Part shown: in pieces, positions 8,847-18,316 of the stretch
How positions within the stretch are numbered: position 1 is the stretch's first letter
Layout: each line of letters begins with the position of its first letter
Source of the DNA: an uncultured Alphaproteobacteria bacterium
GTDB taxonomy: Bacteria > Pseudomonadota > Alphaproteobacteria > Puniceispirillales > Marisalimonadaceae
Direction of reading: 5' to 3'
NCBI GenBank assembly: GCA_937142855.1
Contig: CAKZQZ010000031.1
Location: 2,201-66,200, forward strand
Length of the DNA: 64,000 bases
The notes under the pieces: generated by a model
The model's input: only the letters and a program-made list of their open reading frames with translations
Told to the model about the DNA's origin: nothing
The model's database searches: none
Program-made: the position numbers and the translations under genes

Positions 8847-10328
8847 ATGATTGAAGCATTATCAGCTATGGCATCAGTGTTTACTGATCCCTACTTATTA
8901 GTTTTAATTTTTGCCACCACTATATTAGGTGTGATTATAGGTGTATTACCTGGTTTAGGTGCAACAACAGGTGCAGCTTTGTTACTGCCATTTACCTTGA
9001 CAATGGAGCCCGTGCAAGCAATAGCCGTTTTATCAACAATATACGTATCGGCCACCTTTGCAGGGTCTATTACAGCCATATTAATCAACACACCAGGAAC
9101 TTCAGCAGCGGCAGCCACTACCTTCGATGGATACCCGTTAGCTCAAAAAGGGGAAGCTGGAAGAGCTCTTGGTATTGCCGTTGTATCAAGTACTATTGGG
9201 GGCGTGTTCTCTGTTATAGTTTTATGTATAGCCGCTCCCCTCCTAGCCAGGGTAGCCTATGAGTTTCGTCCACCAGAATATTTTGCCTTAACTATATTTG
9301 GATTATCAATGCTAGCTAGTATAAGTGCTGGAGGTGCTGTCAAAAATCTTATTGGTGGTATTTTTGGAGTATGGCTCTCTACAATTGGCGCTGAAAGAGT
9401 TACGGCCATAGAAAGATTTATGTTTGGAAATTACGATTTATACGAAGGCCTCTCTTTTGTTCCAGTATTTATTGGTCTCTTTGCCATCTCAGAACTACTT
9501 GTTCAATCTAAAATGGTTAATAGGGTTGTAAATGCAGTATCTTTGAAAGCCGTAAAATTACCTACAAAAGAAGACTATAAAAAAATATGGAAGACCATTG
9601 TTCGGTCTTCGGGTATAGGTACTTTTATTGGGATTCTTCCTGCAGAAGGAGCCACTGTTGCTTCAATGATTGGATACTCAGAAGCAAAAAGATGGTCTAA
9701 AAATAAAGAAGAATTTGGAAAAGGCTCTATTGAGGGAATTGCAGGTGCTGAAGCAGCTAATAATTCAGCAACAGGCGGAGCAATGGTTCCAACTATGGTT
9801 CTTGGAATACCAGGCAGTGGAACAACAGCAATAATATTAGTTGGCTTAATGGTTCATGGACTTAGACCAGGAGCTTATTTGTTTACTGAACAAGTTGAAA
9901 AAGTTTACCAAATATTTGGCTCAATGTTATTAGCTAATTTAATGTTTATGGCAATGGGTCTTTACGCAGCAAGGCTTTTTGCAAGAGTGTCATTAGTTCC
10001 AATATCAATATTATGGCCTATTGTTTTTGCGCTCTCTGTTATAGGTGCGTATGCTCTTTCTCAATCACTGATTGATGTATGGATAGCTTTGATTTTTGGT
10101 GTGATAGGCTTTTTTGCAAGAAGACATGGGTTTGCTGTTGCGCCAATAGCCGTTGGTTTGATTTTAGGAGAAATGGTAGAGACTAACCTTCAACATTCTT
10201 TAAAAATGTATGATGGTCAATGGTGGATGATATTTGCCCAACCGCTAGCTTTATTTTTTCTTGTATTAGCTTTTTTAGGACTTTGTGGACCTTATTTATA
10301 TAGTTTGATTGTAAAGCGTAAGGACTAA
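8847..10328 (+). CDS. tctA: TTT large transmembrane subunit TctA
   Basis: GVLPGLGAT, ILINTPGT..AAATTFDGYPLA, GAEAANNSATGGAMVPT..LGIPG. Confidence 0.93.
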   Translation: MIEALSAMASVFTDPYLLVLIFATTILGVIIGVLPGLGATTGAALLLPFTLTMEPVQAIAVLSTIYVSATFAGSITAILINTPGTSAAAATTFDGYPLAQKGEAGRALGIAVVSSTIGGVFSVIVLCIAAPLLARVAYEFRPPEYFALTIFGLSMLASISAGGAVKNLIGGIFGVWLSTIGAERVTAIERFMFGNYDLYEGLSFVPVFIGLFAISELLVQSKMVNRVVNAVSLKAVKLPTKEDYKKIWKTIVRSSGIGTFIGILPAEGATVASMIGYSEAKRWSKNKEEFGKGSIEGIAGAEAANNSATGGAMVPTMVLGIPGSGTTAIILVGLMVHGLRPGAYLFTEQVEKVYQIFGSMLLANLMFMAMGLYAARLFARVSLVPISILWPIVFALSVIGAYALSQSLIDVWIALIFGVIGFFARRHGFAVAPIAVGLILGEMVETNLQHSLKMYDGQWWMIFAQPLALFFLVLAFLGLCGPYLYSLIVKRKD

Positions 10329-11083
10329 AAACTATTTAAATAACCACTCATCTTTATAGAATTCCAAACAAGATTTAATGCTATTAAAGTTAATATTGTA
10401 TTAAGAACAAGCTTAAAGTATTTTTTGCCAAACTTTATTAGTATTTTTTTGCCAATTATAGTTCCAATAAAACCACTTATGATCATACCAGCAATGAGAA
10501 AAAAATATTCTGCATACGCAAACCCTACAAATCCAAAAATAACCACTTTTGCTGAGTGTTGGATTGTCATTAATGCTGAATGAGTTGCTAAATGCTTAAC
10601 TGGTTCTAGCTTCATAGTTTTAACCATACCCGCAACCAATGTACCAGAGGCTCCAAAAAACATTGTACAAAAACCAGAAAAAACTCCACCTAAGGTTATG
10701 TGACTAGCACCAACAGCTGGAATTTTACCAAAGACAGACCATAAGATAAAAACAGCTACAATTAATTGAAGTAACCAAGGTTCAATTTGTACAAAAAATG
10801 TACCACCCAGGAAAGATCCTAATATTGTTCCTAGACTAAAAGGAATAATGACATCTTTTTTAATATCTTTTAAAAAAATCATTGTTCTGCCAAAGTTAGA
10901 ACCAATTTGTACAATCCCATGAATAGGCAGTAAGGCAAAAGGAGGAAGCTTAATTGCAAGCAAACCTATTAAAACAGCACCTCCTCCAATACCAAAAGCT
11001 GAGGTTATAAAAGACGTAACCATACTCGCAAAAATTAAAAAATAAAAAGTAAATTCAGAGAGATCAGCTGGGATATCTATCAT
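10325..11083 (-). CDS. TauE/SafE (TSUP) family sulfite/anion exporter
   Basis: FGIGGGAVLI and FFGASG repeat halves, about eight TM helices. ATG 11083 with AAGGA RBS, two nt after the upstream stop. Confidence 0.8.
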   Translation of the reverse strand: MIDIPADLSEFTFYFLIFASMVTSFITSAFGIGGGAVLIGLLAIKLPPFALLPIHGIVQIGSNFGRTMIFLKDIKKDVIIPFSLGTILGSFLGGTFFVQIEPWLLQLIVAVFILWSVFGKIPAVGASHITLGGVFSGFCTMFFGASGTLVAGMVKTMKLEPVKHLATHSALMTIQHSAKVVIFGFVGFAYAEYFFLIAGMIISGFIGTIIGKKILIKFGKKYFKLVLNTILTLIALNLVWNSIKMSGYLNSF

Positions 11084-11085
11084 TC

Positions 11086-12738
11086 TCAATCCTTTTGAGC
11101 ATGAGGTGGAGGAGCAAAATAACGGGGCATTTCTCCAACTGAATGGACGTTTACTTCTAAAAGAACAGGTCCTAAAAAATTCAAAGCTTGTTTTAACTTT
11201 TCTTCTAAATCGTCTGCGTGATCAATTCTAGAATATTTAATTTTAGCTGCTTTTGCTAATTCTTCAAAGTTTGGTCCAATCAGGTCGGCATAAAATTTTC
11301 TTCCTCCATACATACTTTCTTGAATGTGTTTTATCACTCCATAACCCTGATCATTCATGACAAGGAAAACCACATCACAATTAGTTTCTACTGCAGTCCA
11401 CAAGTCTGGAAGATTCAACATAAAACCACCATCACCACACATTGCGATAGTCTTATTACCCTTACAACCTATTGATGCTCCTATAGCAAGTGCCATTCCC
11501 GGACCAATAGCAGCACCCACTGGATAAATATTTTGTTGTGGTTCATTGATAAACATAGATCTATTACCCCACATACTATTGGATATAGTTACATCTCTAA
11601 CCCACATACCATTTTCTGGTAAAACCTTTCTGACAATTTCTGGAAAATCTTTGTATGCTCCAAGATTGCTCTTATAATCCTCTAAGATTTTATTTTTTAA
11701 TTGAGAGATCTCATTCTCCCATTCTTTATCTAGAGTTAATTGGTTTGATAATCTATTAGATAATTCATCTAAAACTTTCTGCGCATCACCACAGTGGAAT
11801 TTTTTAGTTTTATAAGTCCTATTTTTGGCTTTAGGATCAATATCAATCTGAATAATGTTATTAGGCAGTTTTAGAGACATATCCCTAGTTTCATGACCTC
11901 TTAATCTACTACCAGCAACTATCATTAAGTCTACTGTTTTATAAAATTCTTCTATTAGTGGTACCGCATTAAAAGCACCTAAGCTCATATGATTACTCTC
12001 AGATATTACACCTCTACCCAGTGTGCTAGTAACTATTGCAAATCCCATATTTATAAATTTTTTTACTTCCTCTCTAGCAAACTTACATCCATTTCCTACC
12101 CAAAGCATTTTTCTTTTTGAGTTCTTAATTATGGTTTCAATTTCGTCTAAAGATGCTTCTTCTCCAAGTTTTAAATCTATCGATGGTATTTTGATTTGTT
12201 CAAGGTTTTTGGGTTTTGATACAACTGTTCTTTGAATATCAATAGGTATTTCAATTGATACCGGTCCTTTAGGCGGGGTTAAAGATATCTTGACTGCATC
12301 TAATAATTTTGAGAGGACATTTTCCGCATCATCAATTCTAATAGCCGCTTTGGATATTGATTTTAGCATTCCCAGCTGATTTGAAACATCATGAACCGTT
12401 CCTTGATTTTTATCTAAGTTTTCTGTTGCAGTTTGACCGGTAAAGTGAAGAACCGCTGATCCAGAAAACCTTGCTTCGACAATTGCTCCAGCAATATTTG
12501 CTGCTCCTGGACCAGTACTTGTAAAAACAACGCCAAGTCCATTATGGGCTCTAGCGTATCCATCAGCCATATGACCTGCGCCCATTTCTCCTCTTGCTGG
12601 GATCATTTTAATATAATTTCGCCTTCCAATTGCGTCTAACATTGGGATGTTATGAACAGAAACAACGCCAAAAACATCTTCAACTCCCAAACAATGCAAA
12701 AACTCTGCAACTAAATCGCCCACATTATATTCAGACAT
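11086..12738 (-). CDS. Thiamine pyrophosphate-dependent enzyme (acetolactate synthase-like superfamily, function unknown)
   Basis: GDLVAEFL, ARGEMGAGHMADGYAR, TSTGPG, TPP motif GDGGFM...NDQGYG. ATG 12738 preceded by AAGGGGG. Confidence 0.88.
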   Translation of the reverse strand: MSEYNVGDLVAEFLHCLGVEDVFGVVSVHNIPMLDAIGRRNYIKMIPARGEMGAGHMADGYARAHNGLGVVFTSTGPGAANIAGAIVEARFSGSAVLHFTGQTATENLDKNQGTVHDVSNQLGMLKSISKAAIRIDDAENVLSKLLDAVKISLTPPKGPVSIEIPIDIQRTVVSKPKNLEQIKIPSIDLKLGEEASLDEIETIIKNSKRKMLWVGNGCKFAREEVKKFINMGFAIVTSTLGRGVISESNHMSLGAFNAVPLIEEFYKTVDLMIVAGSRLRGHETRDMSLKLPNNIIQIDIDPKAKNRTYKTKKFHCGDAQKVLDELSNRLSNQLTLDKEWENEISQLKNKILEDYKSNLGAYKDFPEIVRKVLPENGMWVRDVTISNSMWGNRSMFINEPQQNIYPVGAAIGPGMALAIGASIGCKGNKTIAMCGDGGFMLNLPDLWTAVETNCDVVFLVMNDQGYGVIKHIQESMYGGRKFYADLIGPNFEELAKAAKIKYSRIDHADDLEEKLKQALNFLGPVLLEVNVHSVGEMPRYFAPPPHAQKD

Positions 12739-12820
12739 TTTTACCCCCTTTTGACTTAACATGTTAAAAATCTTATATTAATTTTTCAATTTGTTAAAAT
12801 TAAATTATGATTGTCTTCTT

Positions 12821-14386
12821 ATGGAAAAAACATTAAGTGCGAATAAAATTAAGAGTTGGCTTTCAGACAATAAAGAGATCTCATTTATTGATGTTAGAGA
12901 AATTGGACAACACACTGAAGGTCATCCATTTTTTTCTATCTCGGTTCCATACAGTATATTTGAATATAGACTTTTAGAGCTTTTACCTAATAAAAATGTC
13001 AGAGTTGTATTGTTCGATAATAATGACGGTATTGCTAACTTAGCTGCAAAACAAGCCAAACTCATAGGTTATAAGAATATTTTTATTTTAGAAAATGGTA
13101 TAGATGGTTGGTTAAATGCAGGTTTTGAATTATTCGACGGAATCAATGTGCCAAGCAAAAGTTTTGGTGAACTTGTTGAGCATAAGTACAATACACCATC
13201 AATAAACTCAAATGAGTTGTTTAATAAACAAAAACAAAAAAAAGATCTCATTATTTTAGATGGGCGGCCATTTGAGGAATATGAAAAAATGAGTATCCCA
13301 GGAAGTATTTGTTGTCCTAACGCAGAAATTCCATATAAAATATCTTCTTTAGTCAAAAATACTAAAACAGAAATTATTGTTAATTGTGCTGGTAGAACAA
13401 GGTCCATTATTGGAGCCCAAGCTCTTATTAATTTTGGTGTTGAAAACAAAGTTTATGCTTTGGAAAATGGAACGCAAGGATGGTTTTTGTCTGATTTAAA
13501 ATTAGACCATGGAAAAAAAAACTACCTAGATATACAACCAAATGAAGAAGAGATTAAAAAATTAAACTCTAAGATAAAGTCCTTACTAATTGACAATGAA
13601 ATTGAAATTATAAATTTAAAAAAAGCAAATGATCTAATTAGTAAAAAGGATAGGTCTACATTTATTTTTGATGTTACAACAAAAAAATCACTTAAAGATA
13701 AGGTCAGTTTTATAAAAAATGTTCCAGGAGGACAATTAGTTCAGGCAACAGATAATTTTGTTGGAGTATTAAATTCACAAATAATACTTTTGGACGAAGG
13801 TGACCTTGTAAGATCAGGCATAACCGCACTATGGTTGAAAAAATTAAACTTTGATTGCTATGTCCTTGATGTAAAGCATGAAGAAATAAAAAACTTAAAC
13901 TTTAAAAATAATAAAGAATACGAAAGTCAAACTGCTCAAAAACTAACTCTAAATGAGTTAAAAAACATGAGAAATATCTTGATCTTTGATATTAGAAATA
14001 GCGTTGACTTCTGCAAATCAAGATTAAAACAATCTACTTGGTTAAACCGGTGTAATCTCAAAGACTATAATAATTTAATCAAGAAAAACGTTATCTTAGT
14101 TTGTGATGATTTACATAAGTTAAGCCTAATCCAAAAAGATCTAAATATTAAATTTCCAGATATTGATATTAAAGTTTATTATTGGGATGAAATAGATAAG
14201 GATAAATTTTCAGAGTATTTTGATACAAGTGAAATTCAGATGAACAAAAACTTTATTGACTTTAATTTTCATACTTATTTACGTCATAACGGAAATAAGG
14301 AACATGCTACACAGTATTTAAAATGGGAAACAGGTTTGTTGAATAGAATGGATAAGGAGGAAACAAGTTTTTTTAAATATTTTTAA
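12821..14386 (+). CDS. Four-domain rhodanese/sulfurtransferase
   Basis: Repeated DVRE/DGRP/DVTT/DIRN rhodanese starts, active-site loop NCAGRTRS in domain 2, C-terminal YLKWETGL. Start could be TTG 12791. Confidence 0.85.
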   Translation: MEKTLSANKIKSWLSDNKEISFIDVREIGQHTEGHPFFSISVPYSIFEYRLLELLPNKNVRVVLFDNNDGIANLAAKQAKLIGYKNIFILENGIDGWLNAGFELFDGINVPSKSFGELVEHKYNTPSINSNELFNKQKQKKDLIILDGRPFEEYEKMSIPGSICCPNAEIPYKISSLVKNTKTEIIVNCAGRTRSIIGAQALINFGVENKVYALENGTQGWFLSDLKLDHGKKNYLDIQPNEEEIKKLNSKIKSLLIDNEIEIINLKKANDLISKKDRSTFIFDVTTKKSLKDKVSFIKNVPGGQLVQATDNFVGVLNSQIILLDEGDLVRSGITALWLKKLNFDCYVLDVKHEEIKNLNFKNNKEYESQTAQKLTLNELKNMRNILIFDIRNSVDFCKSRLKQSTWLNRCNLKDYNNLIKKNVILVCDDLHKLSLIQKDLNIKFPDIDIKVYYWDEIDKDKFSEYFDTSEIQMNKNFIDFNFHTYLRHNGNKEHATQYLKWETGLLNRMDKEETSFFKYF

Positions 14387-14416
14387 AGTAAAATGTAATT
14401 CTTTAATTTCAAAGAA

Positions 14417-14926
14417 TTACATTGCTTGTATGTTTGATCTCTTAATATTATCTAAATTGGCACCTTCTATTCTTAACAGTCTTACTGGGTCTTTACGAAC
14501 AGGAGAATGTACATGACCTACTCCATAAAAATGAACGTCTCCGGCTTTCATTGTATATGTTTTCTTAGGTTTAACAAAAATTATATCATCAACTGATCTT
14601 TCTTTAATTATCTCCCAATCAGTCATCTCTGTTTCTCCTGAGGCTTGACCATAAATAGCCCAACTCGATCCATGATCATGAGGTGATCCTATTGCTTCTG
14701 TACTATAAACATGACCACAAACACAAAAACCTGTTTCCTTATCTTCATAAAGTATCTGCCTTGGGTGCTCTCCATTTTGTCTATCTGGAAGATTTTCTGA
14801 TATGAAGTTTTGATCCATAAGAGCCTTTGAGACAAAATAACATATCTTATCCGAGCCATTGGGAAGTGATTCCTGTAAAATAGCATCTTTTATATCTATA
14901 ATCAGGTCATTTAAAGAATAAGGCAT
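14417..14926 (-). CDS. Cysteine-dioxygenase-like (thiol dioxygenase) 3-His cupin
   Basis: PHDHGSSWAIYGQASGETE (H83, H85) and VHSP (H140); GGAGGG RBS. Confidence 0.7.
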   Translation of the reverse strand: MPYSLNDLIIDIKDAILQESLPNGSDKICYFVSKALMDQNFISENLPDRQNGEHPRQILYEDKETGFCVCGHVYSTEAIGSPHDHGSSWAIYGQASGETEMTDWEIIKERSVDDIIFVKPKKTYTMKAGDVHFYGVGHVHSPVRKDPVRLLRIEGANLDNIKRSNIQAM

Positions 14927-14956
14927 AATTCCCTCCAGAAAATTTTAAACTTTTTA

Positions 14957-15874
14957 TTAAAGGCCCCAGTTTAGTGCAATGGGGTTATACTTACTTGCTA
15001 GCTTAATTAATCCTTCTCTTGTATTAGCTTCTAATGGGGGAATTGGATGTCTACAAAAATCAGATTTTATAACTCCACCCTCCTTCATTATAGCTTTAGC
15101 GGCTCTGAAACCACATTGCCTGTTTTCATAATTAATTAATGGAAGTATTTCATTGTATTTATTTTCAGCCATATCAATTTTTCCATCAAGAAAATCTAAG
15201 ACTATTGGCCTTATTAAATCAGGTATCATTGCTGAACTCATGTTTCCCGTGGCTCCAGCTTCTAAATCAGCAAATAGAGTGATACCTTCTTCACCATCAA
15301 AAGGACCTTCAATGACATCTCCACCCTCTTTTACAAGAACTCTTAATTTAGCAGCTGCTTGAGCACATTCGATTTTAAAGCATTTGACCATCTCAATCTC
15401 TTTCGCCATTTTTACTAAAAGAGGAACTGGTAATTCAACTCCTGATAATGGTGCATCTTGAACCATTATGGTGACGCCAGCTTCACCAACTTTTGCAAAC
15501 TGCTCAAATGTCTGCTGTGGAGTTCCCTTCATTAGTGCTCCGTGATATGGAGCCATCATCATCAGCATTTCTCCACCTAGAGATTTAACTAATTTAGCCC
15601 TTGATAATGCAATGTCGGTAGAGAAATGACTAACGGTAGTAATAACGGGAACTCTACCATCAACATGCTCAATACATAATTTTGTTAGAATTTCTCTTTC
15701 CTCATCTGACAACAAAAATTGTTCTGAATAGTTAGCAAGGATGCATATTCCATCTACATTTTGGTCAATCATACAGTCAATTACTCTCTTCATTCCTTCT
15801 TTGTCAATTTCACCATTCGGCATGAAAGGAGTTGGAGCGACAGGCCAACAACCTTTAAATATATTATTAGCCAT
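14957..15874 (-). CDS. araD: DHDPS-family enzyme, L-2-keto-3-deoxyarabonate dehydratase-like
   Basis: GICILANYSEQF, MVQDAP, FKIE (Schiff-base Lys), GPFDGEEGITL, LPLINYENRQ: matches the recalled Azospirillum L-KDA dehydratase pattern rather than DapA. Confidence 0.75.
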   Translation of the reverse strand: MANNIFKGCWPVAPTPFMPNGEIDKEGMKRVIDCMIDQNVDGICILANYSEQFLLSDEEREILTKLCIEHVDGRVPVITTVSHFSTDIALSRAKLVKSLGGEMLMMMAPYHGALMKGTPQQTFEQFAKVGEAGVTIMVQDAPLSGVELPVPLLVKMAKEIEMVKCFKIECAQAAAKLRVLVKEGGDVIEGPFDGEEGITLFADLEAGATGNMSSAMIPDLIRPIVLDFLDGKIDMAENKYNEILPLINYENRQCGFRAAKAIMKEGGVIKSDFCRHPIPPLEANTREGLIKLASKYNPIALNWGL

Positions 15875-15912
15875 TTTTAACCCTCTTATTATTCTTAAAA
15901 AACTTATGATAA

Positions 15913-17508
15913 TTAAATATTTTTATTTTGCCAAGTATCAACCGTAACGCCCTCTTCTCTAAGTTTGTTTTTCTGAATTTTCCCTGTTTGTGTTTTAGGA
16001 AACTCTTTCATAATTCTTAAATATTTAGGTACAGAAAACTTTGCTAAATTTCTTTTTGCAGTATTAATTAAATCTTCAAAATTTATTGAAATATCTGTGT
16101 TTGTCATTAATGAAACCATCACCTCATCTTCCATGCCTTCACCACCCTCTGCAGGAATTGCATAAGCCGCTGCTTCAGTAATATATGGTATCTCTAAAAA
16201 AGCTTGTTCTACTTCATAGGAAGAAATGTTTTCACCTCTTCTACGAATACAATCTTTTATTCTATCAACAAATATAAAATGTCCAGAGGCCTCCCTTATT
16301 CCTGCATCACCTGTATGGAACCAAAAATTTCTCCAGCTTTCTATAGTTTTATCCGGCATTCCCATATATCCAGACATGAACCCAAATGGTTGTTTAGGCC
16401 TTACCATAATTTCACCAACTTTTCCATCTTCTACTGGGATATCTTGATCAGGGTCTCTTATTTCAACTTCGAAGTATTTTTCATATACTTTTCCACACTT
16501 CCCTGCACCAATTTCATTTTTTAGGCCGTATATAGGAATATTGACTTCTGTCATTCCATACAAAGGCAAGACATCTTTTACACCAAACCTTTCTCTAAAT
16601 ATTCTCTCTGGTTCACTGGGTAAGGGTGCTGATCCAATCATAATAAGTTCATGATCTTTGTCATATTTAGATGGAGGTTGAGACACTACAAATGCAGCAA
16701 TTGCGCCTAACATGTTTGTATGAGTTATTCGATACTTCCTTATATCATTTAGCCAGTTAGAGGCCGAAAACTTGTTTCTTATGATTGCTCTAGCGCCTGT
16801 CATAAAACACGCTAAGAGCTGCATAAATAACCCATTGGCATGAAATAAAGGAAGCGAAATATAAAAATTATGATGATGTTTTAGATTATAATTTTCTATT
16901 GTTCCTATAGCAAATAAAACACAATGAGCGTTTGGCATCATAACACCTTTTGAAGGACCAGATGTGCCACTTGTAAACATTGCACAAACATTATCGCTTA
17001 GTTTGCCAAATTTTATTTCATTTTCATTAAACAAATCTTCGGTAGATAAATCTTCACAATTAAAAACAATCACCTCTAGTTTTTTTTCCTTAGTTACCCC
17101 CAAAACTTTATGGTAAAAATAATCTTCAACTATTATGTATTTAGATTGAGAAATTTGTATTTGGTGTGATAATCCGTTCCCTTTTATTGCGGTGTTTAAT
17201 GCAACAAAAATTAATCCAAGAAAATTAGAAGCAATCCAGTATAAGATGAACTCTTTAGGGTCTTGGATAAAAACGGTAACAGTTTCACCTCTTTTTAATC
17301 CTATTTTCTTTAAAATATTAGCTTTTTGTAGAGACTTTATTTTTAAATCGTTATATGTCCACTCAGGACCATCAATAAATTTAATAATTTTTAAATTTGG
17401 ATGGCTTGAAGATTGTTTTAATATGATTTCAGAAACTCTCCAATGAATTGGATTTTTTATATTAGGGTATAAAAATGAGCTATGTTTATTCATAAGTTTT
17501 TGAACCAC
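15913..17508 (-). CDS. AMP-forming acyl-CoA ligase, CaiC (crotonobetaine/carnitine-CoA ligase)-like
   Basis: FTSGTSGPSKG, LPLFHANG, YGMTE, WFHTGD, DRIKDCIRRRGENISSYEVE, TGKIQK. Confidence 0.85.
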   Translation of the reverse strand: MVQKLMNKHSSFLYPNIKNPIHWRVSEIILKQSSSHPNLKIIKFIDGPEWTYNDLKIKSLQKANILKKIGLKRGETVTVFIQDPKEFILYWIASNFLGLIFVALNTAIKGNGLSHQIQISQSKYIIVEDYFYHKVLGVTKEKKLEVIVFNCEDLSTEDLFNENEIKFGKLSDNVCAMFTSGTSGPSKGVMMPNAHCVLFAIGTIENYNLKHHHNFYISLPLFHANGLFMQLLACFMTGARAIIRNKFSASNWLNDIRKYRITHTNMLGAIAAFVVSQPPSKYDKDHELIMIGSAPLPSEPERIFRERFGVKDVLPLYGMTEVNIPIYGLKNEIGAGKCGKVYEKYFEVEIRDPDQDIPVEDGKVGEIMVRPKQPFGFMSGYMGMPDKTIESWRNFWFHTGDAGIREASGHFIFVDRIKDCIRRRGENISSYEVEQAFLEIPYITEAAAYAIPAEGGEGMEDEVMVSLMTNTDISINFEDLINTAKRNLAKFSVPKYLRIMKEFPKTQTGKIQKNKLREEGVTVDTWQNKNI

Positions 17509-17521
17509 TCTCCAATAAAAA

Positions 17522-18316
17522 TTATAATTTCATCAAATAAGAATAGACTTTTGAGTTGAGTTCTTTAGGTTTTTCAGATTGAAGAAAATGACCACTTTCA
17601 ACCACGTGTGTGTCACATTTTTTTATCAACTGAACAAATTTTAAACCAGATTTTATTGGGGTCATTTGATCATTTCTAGCTAAAACAGCAAGAGCTGGTG
17701 TTTCAATACTTTTAGCAGCTTCTAAACCATCCTTATAATTATTACATGCATGTAAATCATAATTTAAACTCTTTGGCTTGTTCATACCCATGACATTATT
17801 AGCTTCACCATAGTGAGAGTGACCTGGCCAATTGTTTACAGACATATCTCCGTCTATTCCGTGTCCCCATGTCACCATCATATTTGAAGCTTTACGTTCA
17901 TTAGTCAAAGATAAATCCAATAAATATTGATTAACTGGGATTTCATTTGAACCTGCTACAAATATAATGCCACTAAGTATTTCAGGATAAAGTCTATTAA
18001 GTTCTAAGGCTACTAAACATCCTTGAGAATGACCTAAAACAACTAATTTTTTAACCTTCAAATAAATTAATAAGTCATGAATCCAATCAGCATTTTCTTT
18101 TATTGATTTGCAAGGCGTTCCTTCAGATAAACCGTGAGCAGGCATATCAGGTACTATTACAGAATACCCTTTGTAAGCAAAAAATCTTGCCTGTTGAACA
18201 AAACTTAAATGATTTTGACCTGCTCCATGAAGAAAGCATATTGTGGTTTTGCTATTATCTAATTTTTTCCCTCCAGTGCCAACATACGTATCAGCTCCTT
18301 TAAAATTTATTAACAT
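17522..18316 (-). CDS. Alpha/beta hydrolase
   Basis: FLHGAG, DMPAHG, nucleophile GHSQG, acid DQMTP, His GHFL; overlaps the metY stop. Confidence 0.88.
   Translation of the reverse strand: MLINFKGADTYVGTGGKKLDNSKTTICFLHGAGQNHLSFVQQARFFAYKGYSVIVPDMPAHGLSEGTPCKSIKENADWIHDLLIYLKVKKLVVLGHSQGCLVALELNRLYPEILSGIIFVAGSNEIPVNQYLLDLSLTNERKASNMMVTWGHGIDGDMSVNNWPGHSHYGEANNVMGMNKPKSLNYDLHACNNYKDGLEAAKSIETPALAVLARNDQMTPIKSGLKFVQLIKKCDTHVVESGHFLQSEKPKELNSKVYSYLMKL

Noticed and set aside
11086-12738. Sulfoacetaldehyde acetyltransferase (xsc) or ilvB
   Set aside because: Lacks the Xsc N-terminal pattern; no pta, tauXY or ilvH/ilvC neighbours.
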